Made by a program: the position numbers and the translations under genes. The notes below the pieces were generated by a model. That model saw only the letters and a program-made list of their open reading frames with translations, searched no databases and was not told the DNA's origin. Shown here one piece after another: positions 37,265-48,000 of a stretch of DNA of 62,000 nt. Location of the stretch: positions 20,001 through 82,000 of the forward strand of contig NW_008806283.1 of NCBI RefSeq assembly GCF_000400465.1, written 5' to 3'. Numbering within the stretch: position 1 is the first letter of the stretch; the number at the start of each line of letters is the position of its first letter. Source of the DNA: Wallemia ichthyophaga EXF-994. Its lineage: Eukaryota > Fungi > Basidiomycota.

Positions 37265-39293
37265 TTACGCCTTCAAGTTAAACCCAGCGAATAAATCCGA
37301 CAACTCATCTTCATCAGCTTGTGGCAGAGGAATATCTTTAGCTTTCTCGGCTACATCGGTCGGTGGTTTGGGTTGTGCTAGTTGTGATGATGGTGCTGCC
37401 TTTCGTCTCGCTGGGACAACTTTCGGCACTGGAGGTTTAGTGATGCGGGATGGTTTTGCAGCTTTTGTCTCGCCCGCTGGTGGGGGCTTGTTTGGCGGTG
37501 CATTCGGCCGCGACGAGACCACCTTCCTCTTTTGTAAAACCTTCGTAGGCGCACCTTTTTCATTCTTCTTCTCCTTTAGTGCGCCCACCGTTCCTTTGTC
37601 CTTCTTCGTGTCAGTTGACTTTGTGGGCGCTCTCCTTGCTTTCTGGCCCTTGTCCTCGACTTCCTCTTGAACCTTGTCCTTCTCTGTATCCTTCTCCTCG
37701 TCTTTACCACTACTGCCAATGTCCTTGCTTTTATTGTTCTTGCCTCCGTTGCTGTCATAATCCTCATCTTTATTAGCGCTGCTCTCACTCTGCTGTTTCT
37801 TGAGCGAGTTCCTCTCCTGGATATTGAGGATCTTGGCACGTACACCTGCGGCCATAGTTCTTCCAGTAGGCTTTTCCTGAGTCTCTTTACCATTAGACTG
37901 GAGTGGTTTCACCGCGAAGCGTGTATATCCAGCTGTTGAGGAGGTAGGTTGATCTGAAGCCTTCTGCTCCGTCTTCCTCAGTCCGATACCGGCAGCTGGG
38001 CGTCTAGGACCACTTGTGCTCGAGCCGACTGTGCTGCTACTACCACTACCACCGCCACCTGCACCACTGCTACTACCACTAAGCTTGGATATCGGCCTAC
38101 GTGCACCTGTGGTAGCTGTAGGAGTAGTGCTTCGCGGCCTCTCTGATGATTTTGACGACGAAGATGCAGGTTTGGTGGGCTGAGATACCACCCTGGATGG
38201 ACCACTGGTTGCAGTGGTCGGATGTCGCTGCTCTTGGGTGGATGAAGACAGCGACCGGGATGGTAGTGGAGGTACTTGGGGTGCAGGCTGCGAAGATTGG
38301 GCAGATTGTGCTGCTGATGTAGATTTTGAGAAGCGGACTGCACCAGTGTCACTGTTGGTATTGCTTGTACTTGCACTAGACTGCGTCGGTCGCAACGGGC
38401 CACCTGTACTGCTTGAAAGAGGCTCATTCTCATCATTGTCGGTGTCCAGGTGTTCTATTCTTTCGCGCTGTGGGCGTTGTGCTGGTGCAGGTGGCAAGGA
38501 AGGTTTTTTAGATTGATTAGCATTTCTTGGTGCGATCTGCAAGTATTTTCGTATAGTTGGAGTGAGTGGGTCAGTGAATTGATCCACTCTGTCAACGAAT
38601 TTGAGAGTGTACAGACCGTAAATACGCTTCGAAATAGCGCGTACATCGGCATTTGAGTCGGTGGCGCAAGCGCGCATAATAGTTTCGATATCAGTGATAC
38701 GAGATTTGAGAGATTGAGTGTCATAGCTCTCGATTGCAGTCAAGAGACCTTCAACTACAGCCAAACGCAAAGACTGAGCTTTGTCAGAGTAAGCATTTCT
38801 AAGGTGAGGGATGATTGAGGGTAGCCTAGTAGATGAAATGATAGTAATCAAGCATTTCTTAGCGCGTACTACGTATATCTTAGTACTCTTTGAAGTGAGT
38901 TTAAGTAGAGTTGGAATGAAAGTGGCACAGAAGGAATCAAAGAGTGAACCAAGCCGTGGTGCTATTATCGATAAGCAATCAACAGCCGCTGACATCACTC
39001 TTGATCTCTCACTGTTCAAAGCCCTAAGGAATCCCTCAGAGTGATTGCGTAGGATCTCCAAATAGATTGAATGCTTGTACCCGCCGCCGTTGGTAACAGC
39101 TGCTAACACTTTTAAAGAGTTCTCAATTTTATCCCAATTCTCCTCATTCTCGTGTAAGTTTAAGCTGGAAATTGCTGTAATCTTAGTTTCTAGTGCGGCT
39201 TCCGAATTCGTCTGCGAAAAAGAAATTAACAGATTTGAAGTAAGTGAAGAAAACACAAACCTCTATCACATCAGGCACCTGCTTCATTCCCAT
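37265..39293 (-). CDS. CLASP/Stu1-like protein: one N-terminal TOG-like domain plus a long disordered S/P/K-rich tail
   Basis: ENEENWDKI, LNSERSRV...A..CL, FIPTLLKL...RAKKCL, D.NADVR..SK pattern of CLASP_N; ATG 39293 with a short first intron. Confidence 0.75.
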
Positions 39294-39890
39294 AATCGGG
39301 GCGTTTGATTTATATCGCCGTCGTTGTACTCTTGATAGAAGCGCAACGCGTATTTACTCAATTTGGTAAATACAATTTGCTCATCGAGTAAAATAGTAGT
39401 AGTTGTCTCCTTGTATTACGCGTTAAATCACTTTCATTCTCATCGAAATATCCCCCTTATCTCTAACTTCCAGTCGAATTAGCTGAATAACGTAAAATAT
39501 TGGAATATAAGCTCAAATAACAACATTTTATCTAAATATAATTGCATCTCAATAATCCCTATCAAATGAGCTACTCGAACGTTTTATGCTTAGCTCCCGC
39601 GATCAATTCCGCTGCACCTCAACCTTTGGCAATAAAGTAGGCTGCTAAAATTTTGCAATACACACATATTCTGTTTTATAAGTGCTTCAAATGCATAATA
39701 TCGTCTGCAATGGTCATGACTTTATCTGAAAATTTTGCGAGCTGTAGTATAATGTCTCAATATCAATCAAGACCCAGTCATTACACGTCTCTGCCGTCTG
39801 CAAGTGTTCTTTTTATCGATGGTCCCTGGACCTTCCACGTCATATTGAGGCACTTAGAAAGGCATCCACGATATCAAGATTGATCGTACA

Positions 39891-40452
39891 ATACAACTTC
39901 CACCCTTTTGCTTTGTCTAAATCAATGAGTTTCGAAGTGTTAGATATTGCTGCCGCTGTACCTTTGGCTGTAAGTGCACAAACGTCCATTTGTACACCGT
40001 ATCATTGATGCACACTTGCGGGGCCAAGTTGAACCAACCAAGCGTAATGATTGTCTATTATTTGAACTCTAAGACAAAACAATTGATACTGATCCTGAAA
40101 ATTCAATTAACCTCTACACTAAGCGTGACGGTGGATCTCTTCAAGATCTGTCTGTAGCTGATCAAAATATACTTGAGACATTCGGTTCTCTGAACCGAGA
40201 TACTGCTGTCGGAAAGCTCCTCAACTATTTTGCTGCTAAATATACCAAGCGTGGAGATTGTCAACTGCTCGGTATTCAAAATAAAGCTATTCAACTCAAG
40301 ATTCAGAAGTTAATCGATATCTACACGAATGGTAATGAGAATCATCCAAGTATGGCAATCACGAGGATAATATAATTGTTGTTGGAGCTCACGTTAACGA
40401 CATTCTCAAAAAGCGCGAAGACACTGTTGCGGAAAGACAAGCTGGTCTCTGA
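39891..40452 (+). pseudogene. Multi-repeat Kex2-type (KEP-like) peptide precursor pseudogene
   Basis: ...AAAVPLA|GTAAGT intron (acceptor CGG)|GQVEPT-KR-NDCLLFEL*DKTID...-KR-DGGSLQDL...-KR-GDCQLLGIQNKAIQLKIQKLIDIYTNG (frameshift) SSKY-GNHED...-KR-EDTVAERQAGL*. TAA at 40070; likely ATG>ATA at 39891. Confidence 0.8.
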
Positions 40453-40999
40453 ATTTTTCTCAGGGCTACGGGAAGCGCCTAAGAGCTTTCAAATTTCTAC
40501 TTAATTGTTATTGTTATCTTCCCACCTTTCACGTTGTACACATTTGTTAATTGAGTGAGTTTTAAATGAAAGCGCAATTGCGTCATCTTCGTTACAATCT
40601 TAATGTCTCGCTTTTATGGGGATGGTGACAGTTGATCGAGCTAAATTACGGAAAAATAATTCTTAAATGTTTCGAGGAACAGACGATTAGCAATGTATGC
40701 AAGGAAACCCACACTTACCAAGTCATTGAACAAACATTACATTACAGGCTAACCAAAGTTGTCTCTTTAGTGGATGCTCAGGTATTCATTAATACGGTAG
40801 CTTACAGAGCAATCGAAGAGCTTCACCACTTATAGGAGACACACGAAGGCAAATTACTTCATCAGCCCCATATCATGACAAATATTCGCTGATAGCGGCG
40901 TGCTAAGCGACATTACTTACTCGCACACAATATTTCGCAAAAATTTGAAGCAAGTGAAATTCATATGAGACATAGCTGTTACCATATGGTACCCATCTG

Positions 41000-41075
41000 A
41001 GAACCAAGCGTACCTGAACCACAATTTCATGCCGAGCAATTGCAGTCTAAAATTGGAAACCTTCTGCAATATGTA
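41000..41075 (+). pseudogene. Short relic of the same peptide family
   Basis: gagaaccaagcgtacctgaa resembles gaaacccaagctgttccagac of 35087 exon 2; QSKIGNLLQY resembles QSVLGNLLKD. Confidence 0.4.
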
Positions 41076-41297
41076 TTGTTTCGAAACATCTTTAAGACAC
41101 TGTTGTTTTGCTTACTGGGACTAAGACGGGGTTAGTTAAGCATACAGGGTCAAGTATCTTACGTAAATAACGTCACTATTACATTGAACGATTGAAAGCT
41201 TGGCCGGGTTGGATAACCCATACTCTAACTTTAAGACTCTCTATTTTTAAAATAGCCACCAATACAATCTTTTTACTAGAATAACAAGGTAAGTACA

Positions 41298-41713
41298 ATG
41301 AGATTGTCTTTACTTGTCGTCTCATCAGTCATCTGCGCTGCTGCTTCTGTAGTGCTGTTTGCTGTAAGTTGAATAATACTTTGTCACTGCTAAAGTGAAT
41401 GCAGAATTACCTTCCAAATGATATAGCTCCCACCAAGCGTGGTGACGAGCAGCTGATCAGCCTTCAAGATGAAGCTATCGATCCTGATATCAAGCTTTTG
41501 GTCAAAATTATCTTCAACGGAACTGATTCATCCTCAACCAGCAAGCGCGATGACAAGCAGTTGATAGGCCTACAAGATAAATCGTTTGATCTTGACATCA
41601 AGGGTTTATCAAAATTATCAAAAACGGAACTGAAGAATCATCTAAGCGTGAGGTTGCCGCTCCCAAAATTCAAGCTGGCCTTTGAGCTGGCGTCTTCTGA
41701 TTTGCCTTTTTAA
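41298..41713 (+). CDS. Two-repeat Kex2-type (KEP-like) secreted precursor with a 1-nt deletion in repeat 2
   Basis: 22-codon signal exon, intron 41364-41404; KR-GDEQLISLQDEAIDPDIKLLVKIIFNGTDSSSTS-KR-DDKQLIGLQDKSFDLDIKG. The alternative frame after about 41607 reads IKIIKNGTEESS-KR-EVAAPKIQAGL* (stop 41685). Confidence 0.8.
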
Positions 41714-42489
41714 GTGATGTTATCGCAGCTGCGGCATGTAGCTAAGCGTTTTCTTTTGTATATAACACGTACTCTAAACTTTTTATTACAAATTAGTGTG
41801 TTAATTAGTGCCGCATTGTAATGTCTAAAAATAAAGCTGACTTGTCAATTGGCTGTGATGAGCCAAATTACTTTAAACTAGCTCTTCATAGCACTTCAAT
41901 GACTAAAAACTTGAGCAGAGCAATTTTGCTATAAGTCCGTAGCGAATAGGTTTGTGAAGAGCTAGAACGTGTTCATATCCTTGCTGGAGTTGTGTAGCGC
42001 TCTGCAATAATAAAACTAGTTTTAGTATGTTTCAGGGAGAGAAATTGGAATATGAAAATAACCGTTCTTACTAACTTGGCCTCTACGACTCTAATGCAAA
42101 TTGATTACCCTTACACCCCCATGATCTAAATTTCAAAAGGCTGTGATCGCAAGCCAGACCCCGATTTCAGTGTTCTGCTGATCCATACTTTTCTATGCTT
42201 TTATGTATACGACCAAGTATGATGTGAGTCGAAGCGACAGTAGTTCTTCCTGGTACCAGGATTATAGCGATGAACGCCATGTTTCGTAAAACGTATACGC
42301 GTTCATAAAGCGGAATATTTGAAATATTGAGTGCTTGCGGTTTATATCAATCGAAATGCTGTATTCTCATCGATGTCATCGATGAAACGAGGAGGATATT
42401 CCATATACATCATATAGCGTGCTCTAGAGTGATTTTGGATCATTGCTTCCTTCAGAGCGCAGGACGCCATTTCGAGCGCCGGGCATATA

Positions 42490-42893
42490 AATCTGGCAAC
42501 GTCATATTTCTTACTATCACAGCTACCAATTTTATTTGGAGATCATCAAAAGTCATAATCAGCATTTGAGATGAGACAGGTGGTAGTGGAAAAACTCAAT
42601 TTGGTGGATATTGAGCGAAGTGCTGATAAGAATATGTTTGGAATGCTGAATTTATCATGAAATTGATTGTCTTGCTATATTGTTCAAATTGTCAATATAT
42701 GCCATTCTTGCGTTCGTCTTCTCACTTACTTGGTCATTTGCAGAGTACCTTGAGCAGCTTTAGCTCGTTAGAATATGTATTACTGTACCAAACTTTTTCA
42801 GTGCTCAAATTTTTGTCAAAGTGCCCTTTCATCACATAAGCACATCCTAAAGTCGTTGGAGATCCAAGACGAGTCAAGATTGAGCGTTTCTGA
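42490..42893 (+). mobile_element. Possible decayed P-loop (SF3 helicase / CRESS-Rep-like) relic
   Basis: ISI*DETGGSGKTQFGGY* (Walker A at 42579-42599) and, in the same frame, FIT*AHPKVVGDPRRVKIERF*; FVFSLTWS..YLEQL* in another frame. Many stops; assignment is tentative. Confidence 0.33.
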
Positions 42894-43524
42894 GATGTGA
42901 GGAAGGAGTTGAATTGTGTAATATTCAAAAGCACTCATAAATCCACTAAATTTGTTTATTGATGATCTCGAGATGCGTGGTTATATTGTGCAATGTTTGT
43001 AGCATCTTTGAGAGCATGAGCGCTCTTATGTAGCTGGAACGTAATAATTTTTATAATCAAGGCTTTCAATTCATTCGATTAACCCTCCCAAGTGGTCAAT
43101 TTGCACCCATTCGGCTGTTTGAGGACAGCTTCGAGGGTGTTTGGCGAATCATGCAGCTGTATCATTAAAGCAATTCTACAGTGTTTCAATGCGCCCATGT
43201 TTACATTAATGTTTAGATTCAAACATCGACTCTAGCGCGTCATCAGCTGCGCGTGGATGGCCAGCAACGTTCGGCCCACTCGGAACATCAAGGCTGTGCT
43301 CAAACCGGCCAGATAAATTCGCAGAAGTCTCTTTCATTTCAAAAAGAGCTACTTCTGTTGTCTGCAAGGTCTGCAAGCAATAAAGAAATCATTACTTGTA
43401 GAAAATCCCTTGTCACGCGTTCAGGGACACACTCTAGATGGATCCATTTTTTTCGCTTTTCTTCGCTGAGCTTGCGTAAAATTTCTTTCAGCACAACATT
43501 CAAAGGTTCCACTCTTTCGTAGCA

Positions 43525-43793
43525 ATGAAATTCATGATCTTCGCCTCTGTAGCCGCTATTCTTGGCTCAACCATCGCTACACCAGTTACAGTAAGTGTCT
43601 GGCATTTTCAAAGCATGTGACTAACGCAAAGCTATAGCGCGATGGGCAAGCTGTCCCAGACCTTCTCGCTGCACTCGGGCTCACTCAAGACCAGAAGGCT
43701 GCAGTACCAGGGTTACTCAAAAATCTTGGCCTTGCACCAACTGAAAATGTTGAAGCTGCATTTACTGTACCTGAGGCTCCAGCTGGATTCTAA
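43525..43793 (+). CDS. Small secreted peptide precursor B (73 aa, intact): MKFMIFASVAAILGSTIATPVT|RDGQAVPDLLAALGLTQDQKAAVPGLLKNLGLAPTENVEAAFTVPEAPAGF
   Basis: 22-codon signal exon, intron 43591-43637 (GTAAGT...CTAAC...TAG); shares QAVPDLL..LGLTQDQ with 35087. Confidence 0.82.
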
Positions 43794-44571
43794 ACAGCCA
43801 AATGATATCTGTAACGTCAGTAACATCGACTCAGCACAAGTGTTGGACACACTTGCGCTGCTTGTACGATTTTTCTCATTTGTCACACTCATGATACATA
43901 TCTTAAATTTGCAATACTATTGCAAGTTTTCAACGAAAATGACTCCGTAGCATTTTATCTTTACTATTGCCTTGCCAATCCCAATCACTTTTATGTAGAT
44001 GGTAATTTTGCGTTAGCAACCAGTACACCTTTCTAATGAAGCTGCATTTTAATGCTCTTTTATCTTTAGGTACTTCGCGTGAATTAGCTGTATTCTGTGT
44101 GTATCTATTTCGTGTTTGCGCTAACATCTGGTAGAAACGCGCTTGTGTTTGGCGTTTTGTATCGACACAAAGAAAAAGAGTGGTCAGCTTCTATTGAAAT
44201 GATAGCACTTGAACTGCACAATACACAAAAATATTTCAAATCGGAGTCCTTGTGGAAATACCGTTGAGCTCAGTCTTATCGCATTCTTGATCGTATGCCT
44301 GTAGATCCTCGATCGCCTTCACGTCATAGCTTTTTATGATTAGTGCGAGTGATACGCGAGATCGCTTATTCGCACGGCGAGGGTGATCATTTTTATATCT
44401 GTGACGATGCCATCTAAAACTTTGCTGTCTTAAGGAAGATATTTTTGATCTATGCAGCCAATTTAGGATTAATTGTACTGAATATTTTCACGTTAAGGAA
44501 CAGCACATTAGACATCATCGCGAAATTAAGACATCTTAAAACAATTATCAGGTCTATACACTCTTTTAGCA

Positions 44572-44890
44572 ATGAAAATTGGAATTGTCGCCGCTATTGC
44601 CACCATTGTTAGCATGACAGTTGCTGCGCCAGTGACTGTTAGTACACAGTAATTCGTCAGGTCATATCTAACCATAAGTCAGACTGAAGATGGATATTTT
44701 GGATGATACCGGAATCCTTGTAGGAAATATTTCCGGGACTATTGTCGGGAGTTCTTCTGGAGGTCCTTTCGGGGGTCCTTTCAGGGGTGATGAAGGGGCT
44801 TCCGTGAGGAGTGTTGTCGGGATTGTTGGGGACGATGTCTGGGATGTACTATCAGACACTGCAGATTTAATAGAAGTGATCAGTGGATGA
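44572..44890 (+). pseudogene. Secreted-peptide paralogue: either a 29-aa micro-precursor or a 1-nt-frameshifted acidic Gly-rich peptide gene
   Basis: MKIGIVAAIATIVSMTVAAPVT (22 codons), intron 44638-44682, then TEDGYFG* (stop 44706). Removing one base joins the 44690-44890 frame. Confidence 0.65.
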
Positions 44891-45023
44891 AATCCTGATC
44901 TTTAAACTTGGCACATTGTTCAAACGTATCTGAAAGGAAAAAGGTATTCGATTGAGCAAGTCTATTATTACAATACAAGTCAAATTATATATGGTAACTA
45001 AATTAAGATCGATTAATCATGTG

Positions 45024-48000
45024 CTAGATAGTGATCGCTTCGAATGCCTCGAGGATCCCATCATTGCCTCCAAACTGTTTGAGAAGTTCGTGTGTGATAC
45101 TTTCGGTATCAACGCCATCACCATCCACTACCTCTGTCTTAACTTTAGCCTTCTTGAGTGCGCGATCGAAATCGACGAGCATATCACTGCCCACAACGAT
45201 CTCAAAGTTCAATTTGCGCATTTGTGATCTGAATACGATAGCCAATGTGACGACGAGATCTCCTTCTATCGACACATTAAAGCTGAGTTTGTATACCTGG
45301 GCGAGACGCTTGAACTGAGCGTGCACATTCTTCACGTTCATCCATATGGTCGATATGCGCTGCAAGGTATAGCTGAGCTGAGTGTCCTGTGATATGCCCT
45401 CCTCTGTCAACTGACCACGGAGACAGTCGAGGAGGTATTCCAGCAGAGGGCGCAGCTCGCCTTTCTTTGGGGGAAGCAAGTCCATTTCCACCCCCTGCTG
45501 TGAGATGCTCAGCGCCAACTCATTCGCGTAGTTGAACTTATGCGTCGATTGCGACAGGTGCACAATTTGCCAGCTGTGCAGAATCTGCAGCGATTCATAT
45601 TCGCCTGTGTCGACATGTCAGCAGTGCTACTCTCGCACAAATACCACACTCACGTTTCCGCTTCATGGCTTCCGCTTTCGTAAGGCAGCGCACCATATCC
45701 CACTCTTTTCGATTACTGTCAATGGTGTGTGTGTTTTGAGCCAGAGTCTCTTGCTTCGCCTCGAGGCGTGCTCTGAGACGCGCAAGCTCCTCGTTGTTGG
45801 ATGCTATTTCGGCTTTGTACAGCTCCAGTGGCTGCGCCTGCTCCGCTATAGCCTCGCGCAGACCCTCGACTTCCTCCTTGTCGCAGCTGGCGATATCGCG
45901 CACAATGTCTCTTTCTCTGCGCAGCTCCGTCTCCAGTTTGTCCTTGAGGGCGTGTAGCTGCGGGAGATTCTCACCAAGTGCGCCTCTAGTCTCCTGTAGT
46001 ACCCTGGCATCCTTCTCGAGACCATTGAAGGACTCGTTGAGAGACTCCGCATGACCGCTCACTAGCTCCTTCCTCCAGCCGTACCACACTCGCTTAGCGT
46101 TCAGGCGCGAGTTATTTTTCACGATCTTGAGCTGCGCTTCAATACGCACGCGCATATCCTCACTAGCTAGCAGATAATCAACTATCACTGGCGGATTCTC
46201 GTTATCTACTTCACGTTCGTAGCTGTTGAGTGCCTCTATCCCCTCGCTGATGTAGCGCTTCAGCTCGTGGCAGCACCAATACATCATCTCCAATTTGGGG
46301 CCGGTGACCGCATGTGCGCGCAGATATTCGAGCGAGGATGGCTCGTGCATCGGTGCATTTTCCCCACTTAGACCACCCGGACCCACTGTGGAGCGACGCT
46401 TGATGGTTGAAATCCCATCGAGGAATTTCATGTCGGTGAGTTCGAGGAAATCGTTGAGACTGATTTGCACCGGTGCTTCGACGCTGCTTTCGCCATTGTC
46501 CTCCTGTTCTTCCTCTTGCATTAAACCTTCTATCATCCGCTCTGTTTCGGGGCCTGCTGCAAATTCGTTGCGGATTGGTGGAGCCGGCAGTGGTGAGGGT
46601 GCAGCTTCCGGTTGTGGTGAGGGCTCATGTGTATTCGCAAAGGCCTCCTTCTGTGGCGTCGTCACACTCGACGCTAGCCTTAGTGATTGACGTTTAGGAG
46701 TGCTCATCGGCGAGCCTGGGTTTGAGGCACTGATCGATCTGCGCAGTTTAGATGGTGTCATTTGCTGTGCATGTAGCGAGCGTCTGCGAGTTGGTGTGCC
46801 GCTTTGCTCTTGTTCTGGCGCCGTCTTATCCATGTCCATCGCATCACTTTCGGTTGTAGTATTGCGTCCTTGCTGCGTCACGTTAGTATTCTCCTTCACT
46901 AGTATACAAAACCCACCTCAGCTTCTCTCCTCCTTTGCTCCTCCTTCACGCGCTCCTCTTCAGCTTCGCGCTCGTACTCCCTCTCCCTGTCATTCTTACT
47001 CTGCTCCTCCTGCTCCTTTTCAGTTGCGAGTGTGTCAGGTGTAGCTTCGAGCGCTTGTGTGGAGAGTGCTAGTGAAGATCTTCGTCTTGGTTTGTGTGTG
47101 AGTTTTTCTTTCTCGCCACCTTTCTCAGCTGCAACATCGAGTTTAAGTGGGGAAGGACGAAGTGGCGAGGCGAGCTGAAGACGCTGTACGAGTGGGGACA
47201 TGAGCTTTTCCGTGTTAATTTGGTGTTCCTGTTGCTGTTTATGCTCATAATTTCGTTCCCACTCCAGATCATTGTCTTGCTCTTTCTTCTCTTCTTCGCC
47301 ATCATCCTGTCTCACCTCACCAGCAAAAGACGCTCTCTTCTTGTTAGGACTTTTAGCTGCGTTCTTGAGGGCACTTCTTAGCGGCGAGCTCGTCCCAGCG
47401 CCACCCAAGGCACCTCCGAGACTATGTCTGACGCTTTTCGTTTCTTTTTTCATGAGACTCGATTGAGTGGGCGCTGCGAAGCTGCTGCGTTTCCCTCCTT
47501 TACTTTCAGCATCTGGTGATGAGATGGAGATGGAGGCCTTTTTAGGCGAAGGAGCAGGAGCAGGAGCAGGAGTGAATGATGTGCTACTTTTGAGGGCGCT
47601 CTTGAGTGATGGTCGTGGACCGGCGCCTGCCTTGAGGGGTGACGCTTTAACAGATGGTGCGAAACTGACACGACTGACACGCGGTCCGAGACTTTTCCGC
47701 AGACGACGCGTCTCGTCGTTAACTAGGATACCCTTACCGATTGGCTTGGTTATTTCCATAGTCATCGTCGCGTCTGCGTTGTCGTCAGAGTCACTTGAGT
47801 CACTCGAGTCACTCTCTTCTGGAATGGTGGGGACGTTCATAGGTCCACCGACAGCCTGAGTCATCTCCATTGTCATCGACTCATTCTGCGCAGGGTTGCT
47901 AATTAAGGACATGTCGGCAGTTGATTTTCCGTCATTTGCTGACTCTTGATCGTGCTCTTCCGCTGCCTCGTCACTGCTATCGTTCGTTGCCCCCTTCTCG

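Noticed and set aside
35087-44890. Dikaritin or other cyclic RiPP biosynthetic cluster, or true candidalysin/Rep1 orthology
   Set aside because: No DUF3328/UstYa oxidase, tyrosinase, methyltransferase or transporter seen nearby, and no recognisable sequence identity to Ece1 or Rep1; only the KR-repeat logic is shared.
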